Source: Podarcis erhardii
Taxonomy: Eukaryota
Direction: 5' to 3' (one strand)
Length of the DNA: 64,000 bases
Assembly: GCA_964252035.1 (NCBI GenBank)
Contig: OZ176200.1
Below are positions 43,611 to 55,600 of this stretch, piece by piece (position 1 is the first letter of the stretch; every line of letters begins with the position of its first letter). Under the pieces are notes generated by a model. The model was not told the origin of the DNA, did no database searches, and saw only the letters and a program-made list of their open reading frames with translations. The translations under genes and the position numbers were made by a program.

Positions 43611-46600
43611 CTGTGAAGACAAAGAAAAATTATCAGTAGCTACTTTAGCCAGTTCTTTTTTTTTAACATAATACACAGCAGGTGTGGGGGCCCTCCAGAT
43701 GTTGTTGAACTCCAACTCCCATCAGCACCAGCCAACATGGTCAATGGTAAGGGATGATGGGCATGGTAGTGCAAGAACATTTGAGGGACCACAGGCTCCT
43801 CACCCCTGAGACACAGGAGTAAAAGAGGTAGTTCAAAAAACATAAAACAGAAGAGCAGAGTAAGGCATAATTAATAATAATAATGCCTTATCTGAAGACA
43901 GATTTGATTCAATAGATTCAGCACAACATTACTATCAAACTATGAAATGCTCTCAAGATCTCCCAACCTGTATGCACAGCTACCCTGGAAAGGAGTAAAA
44001 TGCTGTAAACAGCATCTATCCAAGTCCATGGCTTGTTTGTAGGTGTGAGGTGCATGAGATTGTGACCTCTGAAATTTGCTGGAACAGCTTTAGCACAATT
44101 ACACTTGTCAGCCTGCTGCTAACAGATGGCAACTTGCAGGGATTTTCTTTAAAAACCTTTTGTACATTTTACAGAGTTTCAGAGGCAAAAACAAACATGT
44201 CATTAACCATGAAGAGCATATGATATAATAAAGCAGAGAAAACAAAAGGGAGGGAGAGAAGAGTGTGAGCAAATGCAGTCAGACTTGCTCGGCTACAGTT
44301 GGGAATGAAGACTGAAGAGTTAAGACAAAGACCTCATGGGAAAGATATGCTCAAGGGGCAGGGGGAGCACTGTGCTTAAGGAATCAGTTCTGCACATAGG
44401 AGAAAATATGAAGTTGTGACTGAGTGCAGGATACTGTCTGAGGGAGCTACGGATTCTACAATTCTGAGGATGTAGGGAAGCAGGGAAATGAGAAGCAGTG
44501 TCAGAAAACACCTCAGATGATCTTGTAACAACATATTTATGTGGTACTTCAAAATGTTACTTCTTCATATACTGTGCTTTATCTCAAGGAACCCTACAAA
44601 AACCCTGTAAGGCATGTCAAAATGATTATTCCAATACATTGTGTGGGTAGTCACTGGGGCGGTATAAGGTGATGAGAAAGTGGCCTGCCTAAGGCCATGT
44701 ATTTTTATAGCAGTTACAAAAGATTTGAACATGGCGCTTTGGCACTTTTGAGTTCACAGCACAATTATCTAACACATTAAATAATGAATGACCTGTTTGA
44801 TCAGTCCTCTCAAATAAGGCATATTTGGTTTATGTAAGGCAGGGAGCAATGTCCCTCAAACTGAAATCCCATTTTTGCATACCAGATCTTCTGCCATGGA
44901 CTGAGCCCCAATGTCAATGGAGAGGCTGCTGAGCTGAGGAGGATTCTGAAATTCACGGTAGAATGTTCCAAGGTCTATTGGGAGAATGTCATCCTTAGAA
45001 AATGCCGGTTTCTAGAATTAAATGGACAAATATCAGCCAGCTGTACATTGACAACACAACAATGCTCTGTTCAATCATCATCTGATAATGTATTTAACCA
45101 CTATCAATGAAATGCATTCCATTGTTTCACCCAAAAACAGCACAATGTATGGCATATAGTAGAACATGTTTTCATCTTTCTATCAAAACTGGTCATATGG
45201 CTATTCTCTGGACTGCAGGTGAACCTTTAGTTTGTAGTGTGTGATGTTATATTGCTTTTACTATTTTTGTTGGGAGCTGCCCAGAGTGGCTGGGGCAGCC
45301 CAGTCAAATGGGCGGCATATAAATAATAAATTGTTATTATTATAACCTGTGTTGTAGACCACCTTCTTAGATGCTGCTCTTTGCTCATGTCACCCCATAA
45401 TCTGAGTGATGTAGAGAATTTGCTGAGATTGATTTGGGGTGACAGTTTGTGAAAAGGGCCACTTTTGGACAGAAGGCTGCATCAAATAGCCTTTGAGTTC
45501 TAGTTCTAAGAGTAAAACTCATCATGGGTTCTTAAGAATAAAAGTTTCAGGTCTCTCAAAAGTGTCCAGTATGCTGGAATTCCTGCAAGCTCAGTCTTTC
45601 AATATTTTGGGAGGCCACATCAGTACACTTCTGCTTTTTAATGAAATAACATTCAGAGCCATTTGCCCCACATTGGTTCTGTGAAGATGCCTTTTCCCAA
45701 GGAATTTCATATATTTTAGCATTTCAGTTCTGCTTCAGACATCGAGGCAAAGGATGTATGTGTATGTAAAGGGCTGCATCAACTTACAAAATCAACCATA
45801 ACAAAATCGTCATGGATGTTCCCATTGCTGCTGCCACTGGAGCCCACTGAGTGTAGGCTGCCCTGGAGGGGAGACTCTATTTCTGGAGAGTCAGGAGGAT
45901 TCACCTGTTGAAGAGATCCAAGTGTCAGACCAACATACCCAAACACTGGCATGAGGGAATTAAATGGATGCTAAAAGTTACGTTTTTCAGTCAGAAAACA
46001 CAAGCATGCTAATGGCTTGGTTAGGAAATTCAGACCCACTCAAATCTGAGAAGGCAGGACTGAGCAAGACTGGCATTTCTTACCATGGGGTCATTATCTT
46101 CTGGCTCAATGTTCTTGGGAGCAAACATAGCAAAAGGAATGTCCAAACTGGCCATGGTCACCTAGAAAGGATCAAAAGACAGAATCCCAAATGTTCAGTC
46201 AAATGCCGCTCCTCTTACCCAGCATGCAACACAGCACTGTGAATCTTCAAACTATGATCAACTAATGTTCAAAAAAGAAAGAAATAGAAAGGCTGCTGTT
46301 GTTTTCTGCCTGCTGTTTCAAGGGAGAGGATATTCCTTGTGTTTTTTCTTTCCTAAAGAACGGCACATCATAGAATTTCAGAGCTGGAAAAGACCTTGTC
46401 CAACCCCTTGCTCAATGCAAGTCTTGCAACCACCATATTTCTGACACAAAGTCTCCAAGAGCAATGAACTTAAATTACCTGGTTGATAGGTTTATTGACA
46501 AAGGCTCCCACCTTCCGCACAAATATTGTCTCCCAGAGATCATGTGGGGACCCACTCTTTCCTTCACTGCTGTTAGATACAGTTTCTGTGTCCTCACTGA

Positions 46601-49600
46601 GAGAGAAAAGAGAAGGGGTATTAATTGATTTCCTTTTGTTTTTCTTGCTCTGCACGAGCTCTGGAATGAAGCACTGGTACATGAGAGTGTATTATTTGTT
46701 TACCCATATGTTGTACTGCAGGTACAAAAGGCAGTATTCTACACACAAAGGACAATGCATAATGTGTAAAAAGTATCAGCAAAGTTCATGGTGAATCAAA
46801 GTTATCTCAGTAGTCATCCCAAGTAAAACTGAAAAGGCTCTCTCCTGGGTACCCACTTGCTGTATTTCAGATAGTGGTGAAGATGGAGGTCCCAAAGGAA
46901 GGTCTCCAAAGTGGAGTAGAAATCCTGGACAGACTCATTTGCAGGGTGTGTGTGTCTTAACATATTGTGGTCCCAAGATTTTAAATATCGAAGCCAACCC
47001 TTTGAATTGAGCCCGAGAACAAACTGGTAACCAGTTTAGTTGGTGGAGGATTTCTGTAATACAATTTGAACAGAACCCTCCCAGCCACATTCTGGATAAA
47101 AGACTACAAAACTGTTCCCATAGAATATTTCACTACTCTTTTCTCTTTCTTTGTGCAAAACAGAATTTTCCTTAATGGATTTTGTTTTCTTAATATTTTC
47201 ATGGGTATCTCCCCACTTCAAGTTGCGATTTGTATGTTGAATTAATATCCACACCATAAATGTCTTCAAAAGCCAATGTCATTCCAGGCCTTTAGAGGCT
47301 CCTAATCATATCCCTCATAGATGCAGGTACAGGTGTGGAGAGGGAGATTACAGCCACATGAACAGGGGCACTACCCAGAGATTATGGAATACAAGTGAAC
47401 AGGCCCTAGACCAAATAGTGCCCCCTACACCTGTTCAGCTTTTGAAAGCCCTATTTTTTATTGTATTTGTATCCCATTTCATGACTTTGAGGTGTAGTAT
47501 GCATGGATGATTTATTCCTGTCAAATATGGTGATTAATTGGCACATGTGGCTCTGTCAATCTGTGTATACTGATATCACACATAAACATAAAAAACACTA
47601 AATTGGCATCTTCTAAGCTTGTGGGAGCTTCCTAACATTAATTGAAATGTACTAACATCAAGAAATTGAACTGTACAGCAGTGCTGGCTGGACCAGTATT
47701 AAATAGAGTTACAGCTTTACAAGTGAAGAGGAAGTGTTTGCATGTTTATTTAAGTTTATTTAAGGGGGCAGACAGTGGGCAATGTGAGACTAGCATCCCA
47801 GGCGCTTGTCTAAATTACATCCTCAGAAAAAATAGAAATGTTAAGTTTGCCAAAGCTACCAGTATTAAACTGCAAATGTCAGTGTTGGTACTGTCCTCAA
47901 CTCTAAAGGGCAAGGTTTGTGCTTAACCCTAACAGAAGCTCTGCAGGAACTGGTGCTTGAGGTATTCTTGTTAGAAGCTACAACTATGCTTTAGTACCTG
48001 CAGTCAGTCATTTTACAGAAATGAAACCACAACTACTTTATTATTACTAATGAAGAGTCTAGTATGTGGAACTAATGAAATGTCACAAGGTGGAAATAGT
48101 GGCACTAAAAGTAGCTGGATCAGACAGATGTAGACCTTACCAAGAATACAGTTCCAGTTCTTACATTTTTAGCTGCTACTAAAAGTTTCCAAAGTCCGAA
48201 ACAATGCTGAACTTTAGGTGCTGATCCATCAAGAATAGTGAAAGTTACTGTAATTACTGAATATTAAATAATGTTGATTTTATGTGTGTAGATGCATTTT
48301 ACTATGAAACCTTCTATCAAACAGCTGTTGGATTTGTAAAATTACTGTCCTATCTTCCTACAGGGCTGTAGTTACTGCAAATGTAGGAGAATCCTACTTA
48401 CACATGCTTTCTCTGCACTTTCACTTTGGGGGGAAAGAAAGGGAGGAAAAAGAATCTGAATTAGGGAAAGTTAAAATCCTCTAATGATCTTCCTAACTGC
48501 CTCTTTCCAGAAAGCTGCTTATAGCCTAGCAAATGAATTATTATTTTTAAAACCTGTAGTAAGACTATGAATCACCATGGAGAGATGGAAAACTTACCTG
48601 CTAGCTGGAGTAACTGCAGAGTAGTGACCCCCATCCAAAGGGGTGCATGTGGCCATTCTCTCATGATCAGCCTGAGTGCCATGAACTGGTTGGCTAGGAA
48701 TCAAGGGCACTCCTCCATCCTTCCCTGGAACCATCAACTGGAGGAGAAAGGGATAAGAAAATTAGATATTTTAGTATTCATTTAAAAAAGATCTAGGCTC
48801 TTTTATTTTCAAGTGTATGGTTGCCTGACTATCAATGATAGGTAGCTGACAGCTGGTTACATGTTATACTCATGATATGAGAAACAGCCTGGTTCTGCCT
48901 GAAGGCTTCCTACCAACAGGTAAAGAGAGCTGGAGAGGATCTCAGTCACTTACAATGAAGTTAAGACAGGGAGCACCAGAAGAAATTATCAACTAAGAAG
49001 AGTGATAACCAGACATGAGAAAGAAAGCTGGGCACTGGTCCCACATTCCCAGCACTTGACTAGGATATCCTCCAGTTTTCTTTGCTTTATGGCAGAAAGC
49101 CTTCAAATTTCTTAACAGGCAAAGCAAGGCTGCTTCTCATGTTGCTCAGCTCTGTCTGTACCCTACAAGTAAAATAATGGGGTAAGAATGGATAGAGAAA
49201 TATGTCAACAGTTAAGGAACAGAGTTAGCTATGAGACATATAAAATGGTCTCAAACCTCTAAGAATACCTGGTGAGGATGTGCAGCACTCAAGCCGCCAG
49301 CAAAGACTACTGGGTAGGCCAGGTCAGCTGATCCAACTCCCAGGGCTGTAGGCTGATAAGAAAGACGAGAGCTGGAGAGCTAAGAAATGAGAGGGGGAAA
49401 GGGAAAGGGAGAGAAAGGGAAAACCCCACACAGTCTGAATAATTTTCAGAATTACTGGAAAAGGCCAGGAAAAGAAATCAGATTTGCAGAATAAAATACT
49501 AGGCTGGAACTGAGGTAGTCTGAGCCACATGCACACACAAAACCAAACTAAACCAAACCAATCCTAAAAAGTTGCCACCAATTTCAATGGAACTTATTTT

Positions 49601-52600
49601 CAAGTTGTGTTTAGGATTACCAGGGACCACTCTCAAGCCTGGATTTTGCTTTAAAATGATGCTCAACACCTACAAATGATGGAGATGACATTCATATAGG
49701 ACTGAGTATGAAGTATGTTGACCAATAACATGCTGGACAAGAGAGCAATTACTTAAAAGCTGTGTTTATTATTATAGTCTGAAACAGCTACAGAAAAACA
49801 TTGGACAACAAAATATTAAATTCCTCACTGGGCTATCGGAAAGCTCTGGAAAAGAAACAGAAGAAATGCCTATGTGGAATACTGGGCTCACAGTAATTAA
49901 TTAATGTGCTCCAAAAGCCAATGTCTAAGGCCAACTGTAACAAAATTAATCCACTGGAATAAAACTGACTCCTGAGGTACAATAACTGCTTCAGCCCTTT
50001 ATAATGGTAACAATAAACTTTTAATTTCTTCAGAGGTGAAAAATACTGTTTATTTCCTATCCCCTGGTCAACTCAAGAAAACACACAGCAATTTCCAGAA
50101 AACTCTATTCCATGAAGCGATCAGTATTCTACGATTGCTCTATAAAGTTTGCCCTGTAGTCTAAACTACATATTTTCATTGCTTCTTTGCAAATTTCCTG
50201 TTCAGCAATAAAGACAATAAATTTATAACTTCAGATATGTTTGATTCATTTTCTTTTCTAAAAGGTAGTCAGTAACTGAACAGATTTTGCAAACCTCTAA
50301 GCACATTAAACTCAAATTCATTTTCATTTTAGGCTAACCAGCCTAAAGAGCCAAATCTAAGGAAAATGATTTACTAGTTAGTGAAAAAATACTTTTGTCA
50401 TGCACCTTCTTTATTTTAAAGGTGTTGTCAGGCCAAACATATTTTTTTCTACTATGAACTCACTTGATGTGAAAAGGTCAGCCCCATCAAAGGGCCCTTC
50501 AATGTATCCGTCACGACAGGAGGAGGGGTCTGAAAATGTGCTTTAGTGACAGTAAATACACACTGAACACAGACACACAAAAGGAAAAGAAAGAAAAAGA
50601 CTTCAGAAAGAAAAACTGAAAAGAGTTGGATGAAGTGAATGTTGGTGAGGACTGTGGCTACAGCTATGAGAAACATTCATACATGTCAAAGAGTTGCAGA
50701 ATTGCAGGGGAGCTGCATGCTTTATAAAGGGTTTAAAATGTCAGGAAACTGTTGTCTGCTTTTTAAAAAAGGGGTTCCTAGTTGTAGTCTTTATCAATGA
50801 ATTCACTGCTGATCATATATAACCAACAGCCTGAAACTCTCTTCTAAAGTCAGATGTTGTAGGACTTTTATTGATCATCTTAACAACTAGGCTTGAATAG
50901 CTGTTGGTGACAACTGAGCAAAGTGGGAGCTATATAAAGTGGAGATCACTCTAAGTCCTCATGCATCTCAGTGATCAAAGCAATCTCCAGTTGCACTAGG
51001 CTTGAAGGTTCAATACAAACAGTAAGACAATAGGCTTTGTCAAACACTGTTTTTTTTTTAAAAAGATACCTCACCCTGTTACAGAGCAGCTGAACACAAA
51101 CCCTAGCAAGAACAGAGAAAAAGCCTTGAGCCACAAATTCATCAGCTGTGCTGGCTGTCAAAGTCAGAAGCCATGTGTCTTGAGACTAGAGTTTGATTGA
51201 GACAACTGAAGTAATAGATTCAGAACCTTTTATAGGAACTTGTTTCTTTTGTGATATTTGACTGGGCAACCAGGAGAGCCCCTAAGCATAAGGCAAAAAT
51301 CTTTAGAGTGCCCCAAAACATACATAAATTGGAACTGGACACTTTGATCCAGGAAAACAGGGGTGAAGCAGAAGGCTGTGCCCAACCCACAGCTGCCTGT
51401 AGAGCATGCCCTCATCCTCTAGACTGAAGTTAAGATATGATCCTCAGCAGTTTCCTAGTATTATGTGCACCACAAGTGTTACATGCCTTCTCCTTCCCTA
51501 ACAACATCTGTTTACATATCTTCTCTTCTGGAAATGCAATCAGAAACTCATTTCCACACCAGGGTTGCCCTAGTGAAGGAGATTCGAAAACTAAACCTTC
51601 AACACCAACTGCAGAGCTCCAAAGGCTCTTTGCCAGTCTTTTAAATCTATGGAATACATCGGCCACAGTATGCAAAGTTTTAAAAGGAAAAGAGAAGAGA
51701 AAAGTGACCCAATCTTTAAGTATTTTACACTTGCCAGGTATAGAGAAAGGTTTTTAAATTGCAGCAGGATGGAAACAGGTGAATACTATGCAATCAACAG
51801 ATTGTCAGCAAAATTGATTCAGAACTTAAACTGTACTCTGTGCAATCAAGTGTGACCAATACCACATTGTTTCATCTATAAAGAGACAGAATTTTTGTAT
51901 GCACAAGGAAACGTATCATTAGGCACAGATGTAGTGAACAATCGTTTAGTTTTCAGTAACCTTCATTTTGGTATTTGTCTAACAATCTGTAATATTCAAT
52001 TTCTTAAAACATTAACTAAAAATACAAGTGCCTGTAAACTAAAACGTGCCTTGTTGGCAAACATGACAGTACAGCTAGCTGCCTCTCTGAAAGAGGCATG
52101 CTGGAAAACATACAATGGTCTCTGAAAAATTGTTTACCTGTGATGGTGGAGAAGTAGAAAAAGAGGTGGTGCAGGCTTCTTGAGAATCTTCCACTGATGG
52201 GTATGCATTTTCCTCACCGGCTGTTCTGTAACAGAAGGAGGAGATAAACTTCAAAATGGGAATGTTCAATAAAACGCAAGATTTAAAGTACATACAGAGA
52301 CAGACATTGTAGACAGACCCAGAACATCTGAGTGGAGTTGAAAGGAGAATTATGAAGGAGCTCTAACTCTTTCCTTATCAGGGTTTAAATAAATGCTACT
52401 AGAGTGGATTAAGTCTGGATTTTATTTGTCCAGGAGAAATATGAAACATTATTCACCTATCTGCCTTTTAGCTCTTGTTAGGAAGATTCTTCCTGATAAA
52501 TGTTACCTATGCTACCAGCTGTAGAACATAGCTGTCAACGTTTCCCTTTTTTAAGGGGAAATTCCCTTATTCCGAATAGGATCCCTCACAAGAAAAGGGA

Positions 52601-55600
52601 AATGTTGACAGCTATGCTGTAGAGATGTACAAAATGTAGCTTCAAAGCCAGTTTAAAGCACCTTATCATTGCTTTTGGTCTGACTGCAAAGGAAATGTTT
52701 ATAAAATAAAACCTTTTACTAAAAGAACCCTTTGATTTTTATGACCACCTGTTGTGTATGTTTCAGTTGAGATTCCTGCACTGCAGAGGGTTGGACTAAA
52801 GGACCCTTCAAACTCTAAAATTCTATGATTCTTTGTCAAAATATTATACATTGCAATGGGTTGGCTCTAGACTTCCCATAAGTGGAATTCCACTTCCAAG
52901 ATGCTTCCACTGAATAAGGAGGGGGTAGTTATTCATCAGTTCCTAGTTTCACTGCTCCTGAGGGTTGCAAAAAGTGAGGGAGATGGCATACCTCCAGTCC
53001 CTCTTCCTCCAGCAGAAGCATCTGCTGGTAAACATTCCCTTTCATAAATTAAAGTAGATCCAGTATTTGAAAACTATATGAAATAAATGAACCACGAATG
53101 CTTTTGAATGCTGACACTTGAGTGTACAAACACTAAAATCAATACTTGCAATGCACTGTGTTAGCTTTCTTCTGCAACTCATTTCACTTAGCAGTTAAGA
53201 GTTTTCACTCTGCATTGTATTTTTTTCTGATTATATACTAATGATGCAAATGAGAATTCATGTGAACCACTGTCTACATGAACTGGAGAGAGTCTGAAAG
53301 TCTAAGAACCCTCTAGACCATATGCCATTCACCCACTTCTTATAGAATAGAAAATGCAGGGTTTTCCATTTCATGTAAGGACTTTTTCTTTTCTCCACCC
53401 AGCAGTGCATGATGTAGAGGCTCTGTATTTGGGAAGAACTGCCTTCACCTATGATCTGTGATTTGCATTTCCTCACCTGTAATTGCAGGGATGCATGGGT
53501 GAGGAGCTGGGGTAGGGACGGTCCACAAAGTGATCAATGATAATCCCCATGATAGGTGGGGTCCTCTCAAACTGCCTGCAATGCAACAAGCAAATGGTGT
53601 TATTCATAAGACTGTGTTCTCTTCTCTGCTGCAACCCCAATTCTGACAGCTAGACTGCTCTTCTGCATCAGTTAATGGGAAGCACAGCATCCCCACAATT
53701 CAACCCTGCAACTCCACACATGAACAAGGAAATTGGTGTACAGGAGCATGACTCGGGGCTACCAAACAATATCACTCCACAAAATCTGAGAAGCCAGGGA
53801 TTTTGGGCTTCAGAAATGGAAAGTGTCCTGGAAAATGTGGATTAGTTTGACTCTCATGCTCTCACCTGGTAGACATGAAAGCTAGGTTGATTCTGTAGGC
53901 ACAGGACAAAGTGATGGTGCCTAATGGAGTACCCACTGTCCCAACACGGACGGTCTGAAATCCTATGGAAATAGAAGAAAAATTACCAATAATAAGAATA
54001 ATAATAAGAATTTAATAGTCAGCATTAAAGATAAAGATTGATTTGCCATTTCTCTGTTGCTGAATGAGTTTATGTCATTCTGCTAGCAACAAAGGGATAA
54101 CAATATGCTCTCCTGCCATATCCCTTACTGAAGGCATACCTCTTCCTAATAAATCTCTCAGCATCTTTTTTTAAAAAATTATTTTACTAATTGTGCTAGT
54201 CCATGTAGGGACTGATGCACATGCTGTTAATAAATGTTATATTGCTATTATTGACCTCCAGTAAGGGACTTTCCTAATTTCCCCTACATCCAAAATCCTT
54301 CATGTTACTGGTATATAGTAACTGGGGTTTTTTTAAGTCTTCAGCTAGTTTGTTCATTGCCAAACCATACCTTCTCCCAAGCCACTCAGCTGAACTTCTC
54401 CGAAGTATATCCTATGAGAGAGAGAGAGAGAGAGAGCACATTAAATATAGTCTACTAGGTAGTATAAAGTCAGGTGCACTAAGTGTTTATCATTGAGCTG
54501 GGTCTTCTGATTTACAAAGTACTTTACAAGATTAAGATTCTTTACCTATACAATATTTATCTGAGTATTATTGCCTTTTACTCATGAGTACATTGTTGTT
54601 AGCCGCCCTGAGCCCGGCTTCGGCTGGGGAGGGCGGGATATAAATAAAAATTTATTATTATTATTATTAACTGGGACTAAAAGATAGCAGTTTGTCCAAT
54701 GCCGTCATCCAGTAAATTCATGGCTGAGCTGGAAATCTGAACCCACAGCTCATATTCCATTCACTGGTCATCAGATGAACCAGAAGTACCATTGCAAGAC
54801 CCAATTCAGGCTTGCCTTTTCTATTTAAAAAGGATCCCCCCTCACCTGCCAAACCTTTAACAGTTCGAAAACTTTCTACCAGACATGTTCTAAGACAAAG
54901 ATGAGAGAAAAAAGTTATGTTTTAACTAAGGATCCTTTCAAAGGAAACAACTGAGGAAGCAAGTTGGCTTTTAAAGGAAAAGATATTCTAAGAATATGAA
55001 GAAGCTAAAGAAAAATAATGAAGCATTGATCAAGAATTGCAAAACATCATAGGAAAAAATAAGTGGGGAAAGTGCATAAGAGCCAATAGTTCTATTGTTT
55101 CTATTTCAATATTTATTACCTGTACAATATTACATATTCATGACCTTGCTTCCTAGAGAGTCTGTAGGCAGGAGTCACCCTTGTTATAGCAAGTAAAGAC
55201 TTCAGTAATAGAGACAGTCTGTTGTACACAGTGTAGGAAACTTTGATTTCTTTATCACACCTAAAAAGCACACAGAAATGAGTTAGTCCAATATTCTCAA
55301 TGAAGTGACACAAAGTACACTAATACAAGCTAGAGACAGTGACATTTGTGGTCTACTTTAGATTTAGCCAGGTAAAATAGAAGCAATTGAGATTACAACC
55401 TGCCCTCAGAAACACAATCTATTCATATACCTTATGCAATTTGTCCCCAAAGAATATTTATCTAATTGCAAAAAAGTATTTGCAGAACTTACAAATAATC
55501 TTGTACAGTGGTGCCCCGCAAGACGAATGCCTCGCAAGACGAAAAACCCGCTAGACGAAAGGGTTTTCCGTTTTTCGATGTGCTTCGCAAGACGAATTTC

